Shown piece after piece: positions 19,551-29,534 of a stretch of 64,000 nucleotides of DNA. This stretch comes from Promethearchaeota archaeon. GTDB taxonomy: Archaea; Asgardarchaeota; Lokiarchaeia; Sigyniarchaeales; SOKP01. The notes beneath the pieces are model-generated. The model was not told the origin of the DNA. It searched no databases and saw only the letters and a program-made list of their open reading frames with translations. Numbering within the stretch: the stretch's first letter is position 1; each line of letters begins with the position of its first letter. The position numbers and the translations under genes are program-made. The stretch is taken from assembly GCA_029838195.1 (NCBI GenBank), contig JALGVJ010000018.1, positions 10,204 to 74,203 on the forward strand. The letters are read 5' to 3'.

Positions 19551-20534
19551 TCAAGAGATTTTGTGCGAGGGGAGGGGGATTTGTATTATGAAATTGCTAC
19601 CTTTTTCATGATTACCCTCAATTCTATTTTTTACGAAAATTTTTCCATGATAACTATCGATTATTTTTTTAACTAAGGATAACCCCAATCCCATTCCTCC
19701 CACGGATTTATCGTGAGCTGAGGTTCTTTTAAAAATTTCATTTTTTCTAGCATCTGAAATTCCTCGCGCATTATCAATGAATTGTAGTTGAAGAAAATCG
19801 TTATTTTTTTCTTTTATCTTATCAACGTGGATGGTAATTTCAATTTCAGGATTAAGGTTATGTTTTATCGCATTAATGAGTAGATTTTCAAAGACATCAA
19901 GGAGTAATTCATTTGCTAGGATAAAATACCTCGGTTCATTAGGGATAACTTTAATTTTTAAATTTTTATCAGAGAAATTGTTCTTAACATTAGAAACGGC
20001 ATCATTTAAGATTTGTAAGACTTCTAATTCATGAAGCGTGAATTTTCCATTCTCGATATTGGAAAGTGTTTGAACATTATGGATGAGAACGGTGGCTCTA
20101 TCTATTTGATCTTTAAAAATATTTATTAACTCATCTAATTCATTTTTCTTATTTGGTTCTTTTTGATAAAGCTTAAAAAGTTCAAACGAACTCAACATGC
20201 TCTGAAGTATATTATTCATATCGTGGGCGAATAAATCTTTATAGAAATTAAGCCTTTCATATGCATTTCTGTAATTGGCTTCAGATTCCTTGATTTTTTC
20301 CTCCATTTTTGGAATGAAAATCCAAAAAAATCCCATTACAGCACAGAAGATTTTAAACGTCTCCGAAACATCGTCAGCCGCTTTTATATCAATTAACTCA
20401 AATTTTTCAAGGATATTTCCAATAGTAAATAAAAATCCGCCCATAAAAAGCAAGACTATGGTTAAAGAGCTGATGTCTTTTTTTTTAGAAAATTCCATTA
20501 TACTAATAATGAGACACCCTACGAAAAAGAACAT
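19551..20534 (-). CDS. membrane sensor histidine kinase
   Basis: H-box AHDMNN, N-box NLLINAIKH, DNARGI, GMGLGL and KGSNF. N-terminal TM segments, and the frame stays open upstream to 20576. Confidence 0.92.
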   Translation of the reverse strand: MFFFVGCLIISIMEFSKKKDISSLTIVLLFMGGFLFTIGNILEKFELIDIKAADDVSETFKIFCAVMGFFWIFIPKMEEKIKESEANYRNAYERLNFYKDLFAHDMNNILQSMLSSFELFKLYQKEPNKKNELDELINIFKDQIDRATVLIHNVQTLSNIENGKFTLHELEVLQILNDAVSNVKNNFSDKNLKIKVIPNEPRYFILANELLLDVFENLLINAIKHNLNPEIEITIHVDKIKEKNNDFLQLQFIDNARGISDARKNEIFKRTSAHDKSVGGMGLGLSLVKKIIDSYHGKIFVKNRIEGNHEKGSNFIIQIPLPSHKIS

Positions 20535-20576
20535 GGCAATAATATTGAAAACCCCATCTATTACTTGTACCGTGGT

Positions 20577-20864
20577 TCACACCTCTCTTTCAATTTCTTC
20601 TTCTCGAGCATGGAAATGTCGATAGATCATTCCAATGAAAAATGAAAGTGCTGATAAGAGAATGGTTAGATGTTCGAAAAAATCAAATAAATCCGGAGCA
20701 AAAAAAGCCTCTAAATTTGTAAAAATAAAGGACATCACAATAAAAATAGCGCCGGGTAATAAAGGGAATATGTCCCTTCTTTTCTTTAAGATATAACGAA
20801 AAAAAATAATCGGAATTAAAATAAAAATTAAAGCAAAAAATTCTAACATTTCAAACTCAGGCAA
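20577..20864 (-). CDS. small 3-TM membrane protein, in frame with the downstream kinase
   Basis: Hydrophobic segments resembling the TM region of the kinase. Confidence 0.7.
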   Translation of the reverse strand: MPEFEMLEFFALIFILIPIIFFRYILKKRRDIFPLLPGAIFIVMSFIFTNLEAFFAPDLFDFFEHLTILLSALSFFIGMIYRHFHAREEEIEREV

Positions 20865-21011
20865 GCAGCATTTTCACCTAATTTAAAAATAAATTACTCC
20901 TTCTAGATTTTTGTTTTAATTATGATAATAAAGAATGGAGGATAATAAAAAAATCTTTTTTAATTCTTTCTTTTCATGGGTTTTCATTGGTAATCTCTTG
21001 ATTGATAAGTG

Positions 21012-22313
21012 TTATTCATTTTTTAGGATCAAGGTTTCTTTCACGCGTAAAAATAACGGGATGGACCCAATGAGAAAAATTGGAACGAATAAAAAGATAT
21101 ATTGGACTCCATAGGAATCCGCAATCAATCCTCCAATGAAAGCCCCGGGAATTTGAGAAATAGTATCCATGAAATTAAGAATGCCTGTGAATTTTCCACG
21201 TTCATTTTCGGGCAATAAATCTTGCTGCCAAGTTAAAAGAGGGACCATGAGTCCCATTAATGCCACTAAGACCAAAATAAAAGAGACCACGTAAAAAATG
21301 AAATTCATGGGAGTATTAGGCGAAATAAAGGGAAGTGTAAAAAATCCTGCGCTGGAAATGAGAATTAAAGGAGTAAGAAATCGTTTTCGACCATATTTAT
21401 CCACGATTTTCCCGAGAAGATACATTACAAGTAAGGAAATGGGAATGATGATGCTAAAAATTAAAATCAATTGAATCGTTGGCAAGCCGAGATCGAATAT
21501 ATAATTAAATACAAAAGGGAGAATGATTCGAATTCCAATATTAAAGACAAACATGGCAATTATAATGCGAAAAAAATGCTTATGTGCTTTCAATTCAGCA
21601 TATTTCATGGTTTTTCTTAAATCTTCCAAGAAAGTTTTTTTAGGAGGCAATTCTGAGACGGGTTTTTCTTTGATGAAGAGGAATCCAATGATCGAAACTA
21701 GTACCATCGTGAATCCACCAATGGCAAAGGAAAGGATATAACCTTCTTGCGTTATTAATGTACCTGACGCTGTTTGAATGGAATAATATTCATTTACATA
21801 AAGCGTTAGTCCCACTGGTATCATGGAGCCTAACAAGTTTGCAATTTGCGTAATTCCATTGGCTCTGCCTCGGTATTCCGTATCGAAGATGTCTGGAATT
21901 AACACTTTTTGAGCAGCATAAAAGGAATTTGATGCGAGCCCAATTATAATTACATCTATGAAAAAACACCAAAAAAAATTAGGAGAAAAAGAATAAAGAT
22001 ACATGGCAAGGCCTCCAATTATTCCGCCGATAAGAAGATAAGGCCTTCTTCTTCCCCACCTACTTCTCGTGTTATCGCTTAGAGTTCCAAAAACAATAAA
22101 AAACACGAATCCAGCAATCCCACTGAACGATACCATTATAGAGATGTAAATGTATTCTTTCTTTAGCACGTGCTCGATATATGTATTAAAGAGAGAGAAT
22201 TCATAAAATCCAAAAATTGCCGCCGCCCCATAAATTAGAGCAATAATGATCATTTCGAAAAGCAGAAATTTTTCCTTTTCATGAGCTTCCTTATCATTTA
22301 ATTTTTTTTCCAT
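21012..22313 (-). CDS. MFS transporter, paralog of 18086..19381
   Basis: SDNTRSRWGRRRPY, YRGRANGI, IKEKP and QDLLP are shared with the paralog. Confidence 0.9.
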   Translation of the reverse strand: MEKKLNDKEAHEKEKFLLFEMIIIALIYGAAAIFGFYEFSLFNTYIEHVLKKEYIYISIMVSFSGIAGFVFFIVFGTLSDNTRSRWGRRRPYLLIGGIIGGLAMYLYSFSPNFFWCFFIDVIIIGLASNSFYAAQKVLIPDIFDTEYRGRANGITQIANLLGSMIPVGLTLYVNEYYSIQTASGTLITQEGYILSFAIGGFTMVLVSIIGFLFIKEKPVSELPPKKTFLEDLRKTMKYAELKAHKHFFRIIIAMFVFNIGIRIILPFVFNYIFDLGLPTIQLILIFSIIIPISLLVMYLLGKIVDKYGRKRFLTPLILISSAGFFTLPFISPNTPMNFIFYVVSFILVLVALMGLMVPLLTWQQDLLPENERGKFTGILNFMDTISQIPGAFIGGLIADSYGVQYIFLFVPIFLIGSIPLFLRVKETLILKNE

Positions 22314-22407
22314 GATCTAAATTTCATCCGAAATTATTTAAGTATTTTGAAGTTTTATTTTTGATTAGGAAATAATGTTCACGTTATTTAATTGATGGGG
22401 GACACAA

Positions 22408-23298
22408 ATGAAAAAAAAGATTTTATTTTCCGTGAAAAGAGATCATGAAATCCTTGATCGTGTTATAGAGGGATTGAATGCTATTTCTAATATCGAGCTT
22501 ATTATTCATGATCCGACCAAGGAATATTTTAACATTACTCGCATGAGGACCATTTTAAGCAACTATGATTTCATTATCGTGAAGGTTGTGAATCAGAATT
22601 CTTTAAACATGTTATATTTTGCCAAGCTCCATGGCATTCGCACGCTTCATGATTTAAATTCTGTTTTAATTTGTAAGAGCAAATTTATTTTAGACATGTA
22701 TTTAAGGAAGATTTTAGAGACTCATGCCCCTCAATTTGAAAACATTCATTTACCTACTGCTTGGAATCATAATCCCATAAATAAAACCGAATTTAGGGAG
22801 TGGATTATTGAGCATGTGCCCGTTGTTATTAAAAGTAACTATCAGTGTGACCCGTATAATAGGTTCAATTTTTTAGTGAGGAAAAAAGAAGAGATTGATT
22901 ACTTTTATGAACGCTATTCTTCTTTTATTACTAATGATGTATATCTCCAAAAATTTATTGAATGTGATGGGTATGACAGAAAAATTTATGTTATTGGAGA
23001 GGAAATCTTTGGAATAAAAAGAGAAAACCCAATTTATTTATTTCTGAGAGAACATCCCGAGAATATTGATGTAAATGAATTAAAAAGGGAACCCTATTCC
23101 GTTCCAAGTAAAATAAAAGAATTTGCTAAGATTTTGGGAAAAGAGTTAAATTTAAAATTATTTGGTTTTGATTTGGTTCAAAAAGGCAAGGGAGAATATT
23201 ATCTTTTAGATTTAAATGAATTTCCCGGATTTAAAGGGATCCAAAACGTTTCTACTAAGCTAATATCGTTTTTTAAAAACTTATTTTTCTCAGAATAA
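22408..23298 (+). CDS. ATP-grasp protein, ITPK1-like inositol phosphate kinase (fourth paralog)
   Basis: IIVKV, PVVIKS, LQKFIE, RKIYVIG, KRE, LFGFDLV and LDLNEFPGF. Confidence 0.82.
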   Translation: MKKKILFSVKRDHEILDRVIEGLNAISNIELIIHDPTKEYFNITRMRTILSNYDFIIVKVVNQNSLNMLYFAKLHGIRTLHDLNSVLICKSKFILDMYLRKILETHAPQFENIHLPTAWNHNPINKTEFREWIIEHVPVVIKSNYQCDPYNRFNFLVRKKEEIDYFYERYSSFITNDVYLQKFIECDGYDRKIYVIGEEIFGIKRENPIYLFLREHPENIDVNELKREPYSVPSKIKEFAKILGKELNLKLFGFDLVQKGKGEYYLLDLNEFPGFKGIQNVSTKLISFFKNLFFSE

Positions 23299-23311
23299 TT
23301 TCAGATTAATT

Positions 23312-24120
23312 TTATTGAAAAGCAGAAAAGATGTAAGAGGGGATTATCATGATAAAAGAAATCAATCCATATAAAATGCAGAAGTAATTAAAGGAGAGCT
23401 TTTTTACTAATTTTATTAAAATGCTCATCATGAGATATGCGCCTAGAAAGCTAAAACTCAAGGAAAGGAGGAGATTGAGAAGAGTTGAAATTTTAAAAAC
23501 AGAGTTGTTTTTAAATAAGACTTCGAGAAGTAAGGATATTATAAAAAATGGGATATACATGATAAAACTTAATTTTAAAGCAGTTTCTTTATCATTATTT
23601 TCTAATAAATGAATGGAAACCGTCAAGGCAGGACGAGAAACTCCCGGAAGTATCGCCAGTCCTTGCATTAATCCGGATAAAAAGGCAGATGTTCTAAGTT
23701 CCTTATTAGATAAATTTTCGAAATCATTTGTTCCAAAAATTCTATTAATGCGAATTAATAATATTCCTGCTCCAAATAAAATGCCTCTATATAAACGTGT
23801 TGAAACAAGTAATAGAAAGGAAAAATCGTGAGGAGTGTGCCCATGCTGCTAAAAATTAACCAATTTCTTCTATTAATATCCACCCGATCACTTTCATTCC
23901 CTAATGAATTTAGTATGTTTAAAATCCTCGCAAATTCTGACCGAAATTTAATAATTATAGCCAGAAAAGAACCAAGTTGGAACCAGAATACACCTTGAAT
24001 CTCATTATTAGGGTTTAAATTTAAATTTTTTGAGATCATGGCCATGACTTGCCCAAATGGAGAGATGGGGAGCATTTCCAGAATTCCAAATAAAAAAGCA
24101 AGGATGATGATTTCAATCAT
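23312..24120 (-). pseudogene. uppP: undecaprenyl-diphosphate phosphatase (UppP/BacA), frameshifted
   Basis: EMLPIS and QLGS lie in the 5' ORF, while QGLAILPGVSR lies in a different frame. Frameshift near 23790. Confidence 0.8.
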
Positions 24121-24183
24121 TGAATTAAAATTATTTTTTCAATAAATCGACATTTTTTTTAAATTAAAGAATTTAAAAGGAAA

Positions 24184-24657
24184 TTAAAAATATCGTTGCA
24201 ATCCCTTCATGACGCAACGTTTAATTTCATCGCGCGCGATTCTAAATCCCTCTAAGCCCTTCATGGAGGGATCTTCAATATTTCCCGTTTCCCCCGCAAA
24301 TTCTCGTAAAGTAAGAATGACCTTATCATTCGATTTCAAGCATTTTAACACTTCTTTTTTATGCGTTTCGGTTAAAGTGATGATTAAATCTGCTTGTTCA
24401 AGGTAATTAGGATGTTTTTTTAGATCTATAGATAAGGCATCTTCTCTCAAATGAATGTTGTCTTCTTTCATGGCTAAACGTGCATCCAGAGAAATGAGCA
24501 TGCCATCTCTCGCATTAGAGGCGATTCCACCGGAACAAATTTTAACATCCATGCCTTTACTTGAAAAGAAATCTTTTAAATACCCTTCTACCATGCGGCT
24601 TCGTGCTGTATTAACGCTACAAGCAATGACAATATTTTTATAGGGAAATTTATTCAT
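24184..24657 (-). CDS. low-molecular-weight phosphatase (LMW-PTP/ArsC family)
   Basis: P-loop CSVNTARS, ADLII and IEDP. Confidence 0.88.
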   Translation of the reverse strand: MNKFPYKNIVIACSVNTARSRMVEGYLKDFFSSKGMDVKICSGGIASNARDGMLISLDARLAMKEDNIHLREDALSIDLKKHPNYLEQADLIITLTETHKKEVLKCLKSNDKVILTLREFAGETGNIEDPSMKGLEGFRIARDEIKRCVMKGLQRYF

Positions 24658-24789
24658 GTTTCTTTTTTTTCGAATATAATGATTGGGGTCTGATAAGCCT
24701 ATAAATGAATTCTGCCTTTAAAATCTTAAAAAAATAAAATAAAAAACTTATACTATTAAAGAAAATAAAAAAACCATGGAAAAAAAAAT

Positions 24790-25482
24790 TTAGAAAAAAC
24801 TCTCTTTTTTAGCAAAATGGATGCCCCGTGAGCTCATGGCTTCTAATGCGTTTGAAATGTTATTTTCAGGTTGATCTATGCCCCGCGTTAAATCTATTAA
24901 AAACACCACGTCAAATCCAAAACTCACCCCGTCCATTGCGGTAAAATAACAACAATAGTCTAATGCCAACCCGCACACGAATATTCTTTTAATTTTAAGA
25001 GATTTTAGATATCCGGCAAGCCCAGTTTCAGTTTTTTTATCATTTTCTAAAAAACCTGAATAACTATCTACTTTTGGATTATATCCTTTTCTAATAATAG
25101 CATGTGCGAGAGTTTTATCGAGTGTTTCATGAAACTCTGCGCCTAGAGTTCCTTGAAGGCAATGATCAGGCCATAATATAGGGCCGATGGCTCCATCTTG
25201 AAATTCATCTCCCGGTTTTTTACCAGGATGGTTGCTAGCAAATGATAAATGATTTTTTGGATGCCAATCTTGAGTAAAAACGATAATACCTTTTTCTTTT
25301 TTAAATTTTTCTCCGAGTTCATTAATTGGAACAACAATCTGATCCCCTCCTTCTACGGGAAGAGCGCCTCCGGGAATAAAATCATTTTGCATGTCTACTA
25401 TTATTAAGGCATCCTCTTTCGAAATTTTTATTTCTGGAATGATGTCTAAATCTTTAATTTTCATTGCCATCCTTTTTAACAT
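24790..25482 (-). CDS. pncA: nicotinamidase/pyrazinamidase
   Basis: VDMQNDF, TQDWHP, WPDHC, IRKG, DSYSGF and GLALDYC. Confidence 0.93.
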   Translation of the reverse strand: MLKRMAMKIKDLDIIPEIKISKEDALIIVDMQNDFIPGGALPVEGGDQIVVPINELGEKFKKEKGIIVFTQDWHPKNHLSFASNHPGKKPGDEFQDGAIGPILWPDHCLQGTLGAEFHETLDKTLAHAIIRKGYNPKVDSYSGFLENDKKTETGLAGYLKSLKIKRIFVCGLALDYCCYFTAMDGVSFGFDVVFLIDLTRGIDQPENNISNALEAMSSRGIHFAKKESFF

Positions 25483-25595
25483 TTAATTTTCTTATTTTGA
25501 GATAAAATTATTTGTATTAACATAATTTAAGTGCCTATTTTAATATATTCCTTTTAATTTCTATTTTAATTCAATGCAGAACATATTTACCCCAA

Positions 25596-26237
25596 CTATG
25601 GTGAGTTTCTTTTTTTAAATCGGAAAGAATACAAGGAATTAACAATTACGTATCCGAAAATCCCAAACGTTACGCTCCATTCAAAAATAGGAAGCCACGT
25701 GAAAAGAACTGCGAGAAAAAGAGCCGAACAAATGAAACCGTACCCCGCTAATATATTACTATAGGCCTCACATTTAAGCATTAAAATACTAAAAGTAAAG
25801 CAATACACGCTTCCCATTATCCATGAAATGGCTACCATTATACCGTGTATCCACAAAATAAGTGTATTATCCAAACGCGCTGGAAACATGCCTATAAGAG
25901 AAAAAGTCAAACAGGAAATATAAGAAGCATGAAGGGCTATTTTTCTAATTAGTTGATTGGACTCTTTAAGGATTTCTCCTAAGGTATAATAAAAAGGCAT
26001 GGCAATTATACCCGAAAGAATAAGTGCCAAATTAAAATAAACGGCCCCCTTTCCATTGACACCTAATTCACTTATCATGTTAGTAAAGAAATCATATCCG
26101 GGAAAAAAATAAAGAGCAATTAATTCACCATTTGCCATTATAAAAGCAGAAATTAATCCAAAAAAACCCCCGGGAATTTTCATCAATAAGCGATTCCAAA
26201 AGATCTCTACTTTTTCCATGCTTATTTTAAAATTCAT
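25596..26237 (-). CDS. DUF998-like membrane protein
   Basis: About 6 TM segments, with GYDFFTNMISELG, GMFP and a conserved His. Confidence 0.7.
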   Translation of the reverse strand: MNFKISMEKVEIFWNRLLMKIPGGFFGLISAFIMANGELIALYFFPGYDFFTNMISELGVNGKGAVYFNLALILSGIIAMPFYYTLGEILKESNQLIRKIALHASYISCLTFSLIGMFPARLDNTLILWIHGIMVAISWIMGSVYCFTFSILMLKCEAYSNILAGYGFICSALFLAVLFTWLPIFEWSVTFGIFGYVIVNSLYSFRFKKRNSP

Positions 26238-26574
26238 TGTAAATATAATTTAATGTAATAAAATGAAGGAGATTTATTTATTTATTTGATAAGGTTTTAT
26301 TCTTACATTTTAAAAAAATATTAAATTATTTATCTTTAAATTCACGTTAACTTAGAGAATGAAGAAGAAAATAGCAAGGTAGAAGAAGTAAAATCTCTTA
26401 AGATAAATTCATTTTAAAGAATCGAAATTTTATTAATCACCAATATTTCTCTTGAATAGTGAAATTGTTCGCTTAAAAATTTTCCTATAAACCACGATAT
26501 ATAGTTAAATTTATTTTATACAAAACTCTTTTATCTGTTAAAAAACTGTAAATTGAAAGAAAAAAGAATACCAT

Positions 26575-26955
26575 GTGAAATTTATGAATGGCAGACAAAA
26601 ATTTTACCTATTATTAGCCATTTTCCAAGTATTTCTGGGAATGATCGTTTTTTTTTCTGTAAATGGAATCGTTAGTGTCGCAAGAGCCCAAGCCGAACAA
26701 GCAACCTCCCTACAATACTATGATAGCACGACAGCAGCTTTTCTTGCCTTATCTTCAGCCATATCTTTAGGATTATCCGTTCTCGGAGCTGCTTTTGCCC
26801 TTAAAACGGTTGGAACCGCTGCTATTTCATCATTATCGGAAAAAGAGGAAGTTTTCTTCAAGGCCTTTCTCGTAGTAGCCCTTTGTGAAGCTTTAGCAAT
26901 TTATGGATTAATTATTGCAGTATTACTATGGACCAAGATACCTCTTCCCCCATAA
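26575..26955 (+). CDS. atpK: A/V-type ATPase proteolipid subunit c (K)
   Basis: Hairpin with ALCEALAIYGL, plus an extra N-terminal hydrophobic segment. Confidence 0.92.
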   Translation: MKFMNGRQKFYLLLAIFQVFLGMIVFFSVNGIVSVARAQAEQATSLQYYDSTTAAFLALSSAISLGLSVLGAAFALKTVGTAAISSLSEKEEVFFKAFLVVALCEALAIYGLIIAVLLWTKIPLPP

Positions 26956-27048
26956 AGCTCCATCTCTTTTAAGGATGGAAAATGATGATAATCCGTTTAG
27001 ATTCAAGAGCAGAAATAGATTGCATTTTGTTTTTTTTAAAAATTTGAA

Positions 27049-28113
27049 GTGGGTGAGAATGTTACGAGCATTATAGTTCCTTCCTATGCTTATACGTATA
27101 TCAAAATGGATTTTCTTAAGTTATTACTCTTAGATGAGGCTTCTTTAAACAGATTAAAACAGCTGGAAAATATTGAGGAAATTATAAATTTTCTCAAGCC
27201 TTATTATCCTGAATTGGAAATTAAAAAATTAGATATTGTTGAGATTGAGAAAGCACTCTTTTCTACTTATATAAAATTAATTGGGAAAATCATGATTTAT
27301 TCTCCGGAGAACATGCGGTATTTTCTTAGAAATATCTTGCTTAAATATGAGATATATAACATCAAGCAAGTGATAATTGGCACCATCATTGGCATGAGCA
27401 AGGAAGAGAAACGAGCAAATGTGAATTTTACGGTTGAAAAATATTTAGAAAATGAAGAATTCATGAAAAAATTGCTTGAACTTACATCTTTGGAGGAAAT
27501 TGAATTTTTCTTGCGAAAGACACGATATAACAAGGCAATAAGAGAGGGACTGCTTTATTTCCGAAACACGGGTGAGATTTTTGTCTTAGAATCCTTTTTG
27601 GATCAACTTTATTATCAAAACTTAGTTTCCATGAAACGAAGATTAAACAAGAAAGAACGAGAAATGATAAAATTGTACATAAATTATATTGTAGAAATTT
27701 ATAATATAAACATGATTTACAGGGGGATTAAAAATAATATTGACAGAAATTTATTGTCTCAATTTCTAATAAAGAACTATTTATTTTTAACTGAGGGAAG
27801 AATGTTTCAGTTATTAGAATTAGATAACGTTGATATTTTTATTAATTATCTCAGAACAATTTATAAAATCACTCCCGGAATAAAAGAAAATTATAATGAT
27901 GCGTCCATTAATCCATTATGTTTACGCAGATCTCTTGAAAATCTTTACATTAATTATTATTTTAAGAAATTTCGAGCAAAAGTGGGGGATATTGAGTATT
28001 TCACGATCTATAAAATTTTAGAAATTTTAATTAAAAAAGAAGAGGAAATTAAATTTGAAATCTTACCAAAATTGGTACAGATTCTTAATGAAAAATTTAC
28101 ATTATTAAAATAA
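27049..28113 (+). CDS. atpC: A/V-type ATPase subunit C (d)
   Basis: YAY...LL start, KYEIYNIK, LDQLYY and EIYNI, plus operon context. Confidence 0.85.
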   Translation: MGENVTSIIVPSYAYTYIKMDFLKLLLLDEASLNRLKQLENIEEIINFLKPYYPELEIKKLDIVEIEKALFSTYIKLIGKIMIYSPENMRYFLRNILLKYEIYNIKQVIIGTIIGMSKEEKRANVNFTVEKYLENEEFMKKLLELTSLEEIEFFLRKTRYNKAIREGLLYFRNTGEIFVLESFLDQLYYQNLVSMKRRLNKKEREMIKLYINYIVEIYNINMIYRGIKNNIDRNLLSQFLIKNYLFLTEGRMFQLLELDNVDIFINYLRTIYKITPGIKENYNDASINPLCLRRSLENLYINYYFKKFRAKVGDIEYFTIYKILEILIKKEEEIKFEILPKLVQILNEKFTLLK

Positions 28114-28157
28114 ATTAAAAGCGTTCCGGCTAAATATCATGGAGAAGAGGAGATCAA

Positions 28158-28469
28158 ATGGTAATTTTTGATTGGATTAAAGATATTGAGGATAAATATA
28201 AAAATTTAATTGAAAAGGTAAAAGAAGAGAATTCTATGGAATTAAAAGAATTTAGAAGGAAACAGGAAATGGAAATGGAGAAAATCATCAATAAAAAACA
28301 AGAGACAGTCAATAAAGCCTTGAAAACACTCTCAGAAGAAATTCATGAGGGAATAAAGCAATTGGATACCCGTTTTATTAGTATCTCTAAAGATATTGAA
28401 AATGAATTGAGGGAAAAAAAGGAAGAGATAATAAATAATATATTGCAAAAATTAAAACTTGAATTTTAA
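28158..28469 (+). CDS. atpH: A/V-type ATPase stalk subunit H/G
   Basis: 103-aa charged coiled coil in operon context. Confidence 0.7.
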   Translation: MVIFDWIKDIEDKYKNLIEKVKEENSMELKEFRRKQEMEMEKIINKKQETVNKALKTLSEEIHEGIKQLDTRFISISKDIENELREKKEEIINNILQKLKLEF

Positions 28470-28791
28470 AATGTCCGAAAAAGATATATATATAATAGGA
28501 GATCCGGAAATTGTAAGGCTCTTCGGCCTTTTAGGAATTGAAGGAACGGAACTAGAAAATCCAAAGAATTTCATAAAAATATTTAATGAAATAATCAAAG
28601 ATAAATCCATTGGTATGATATTTATAGCGTTAGATTTATCTACTGATGAAATTAATTTTCTCATGGATTTTAAACTGAATAATTTAAGTCCTTTAATTGT
28701 ATATTTACCCAACATTTTTGAGACTGAAATCGATAAAACAGACATCTTTTATCGGAATATTCTCGATTCAATATATAAAATAATTAGGTAA
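28459..28791 (+). CDS. atpF: A/V-type ATPase subunit F
   Basis: IYIIGDPEIVRLFGLLGI and PLIVYLP. The start may be ATG 28471. Confidence 0.9.
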   Translation: MNFKMSEKDIYIIGDPEIVRLFGLLGIEGTELENPKNFIKIFNEIIKDKSIGMIFIALDLSTDEINFLMDFKLNNLSPLIVYLPNIFETEIDKTDIFYRNILDSIYKIIR

Positions 28792-28811
28792 AAAAAGGAG
28801 GAGATTGACCA

Positions 28812-29534
28812 ATTTCCAACCAAGAAGAATTAAAACGGAGAGTCGGAAAATTAGGACTTTATTTAATTCAGAAAGCTGAAAAAGAGATTCGAGAAATGAA
28901 TCAAATGGTGTTATTCCAAAAAGCAAGATTTAAGAAGAGAATTATGGAAAGAACGGAAGAGCAGTCCAGGCAAATCAAAGCTAGTTTTATTAATACTTAT
29001 AACGAGTTTTGTAATAATTCGTTATCCTCCAACTTGATTAAAATAAATGATCAAGCGCTCAATCTTAAAAATCGTTTAATAAAAGAACTAAATCAAGAAT
29101 TATTCCCTAAAATTAAAGATCGAATTCACCAACATTATTCGGATTATATTAAATTTTTAATTCGAATTATAGAAAAAGATGAAAAAGAGCTTATAAATAA
29201 AGCCAAGGTAGAAATCATCTTCAATTCACGAGATCATGCGTATTTCATGAAAAATAAAAATGATTTTCAACAAATTTTCAAACCAAACGTTGAAATTAGA
29301 AAATCTGAAGAAGATTTTATCGGAGGGTATAAAATAACATTACCACTTGAAAAAATATCTCTCGATCATACCATTGAAGAAATTATCAAATCAAATCAAC
29401 TAATCATAGAAAAGGAGTTCACTAAAATTATTTCAGATAAAGAAATAAAAAATATTCAAAGAGAATTCGAACAATTCATTCATGAACAAAAATTAAAGAT
29501 TGAGGGGTATTTAATCGAATATGACCAAATTTAA
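28812..29534 (+). CDS. atpE: A/V-type ATPase subunit E
   Basis: Coiled coil, FIGGYKI and SLDHTIE. The first ATG is at 28896, but the frame is open from 28809 and a probable ATT start lies at 28812. Confidence 0.8.
   Translation: MSNQEELKRRVGKLGLYLIQKAEKEIREMNQMVLFQKARFKKRIMERTEEQSRQIKASFINTYNEFCNNSLSSNLIKINDQALNLKNRLIKELNQELFPKIKDRIHQHYSDYIKFLIRIIEKDEKELINKAKVEIIFNSRDHAYFMKNKNDFQQIFKPNVEIRKSEEDFIGGYKITLPLEKISLDHTIEEIIKSNQLIIEKEFTKIISDKEIKNIQREFEQFIHEQKLKIEGYLIEYDQI

Noticed and set aside
20577-20579. Selenocysteine at the in-frame UGA
   Set aside because: The context is a charged linker with no redox motif, and no convincing SECIS was seen downstream.
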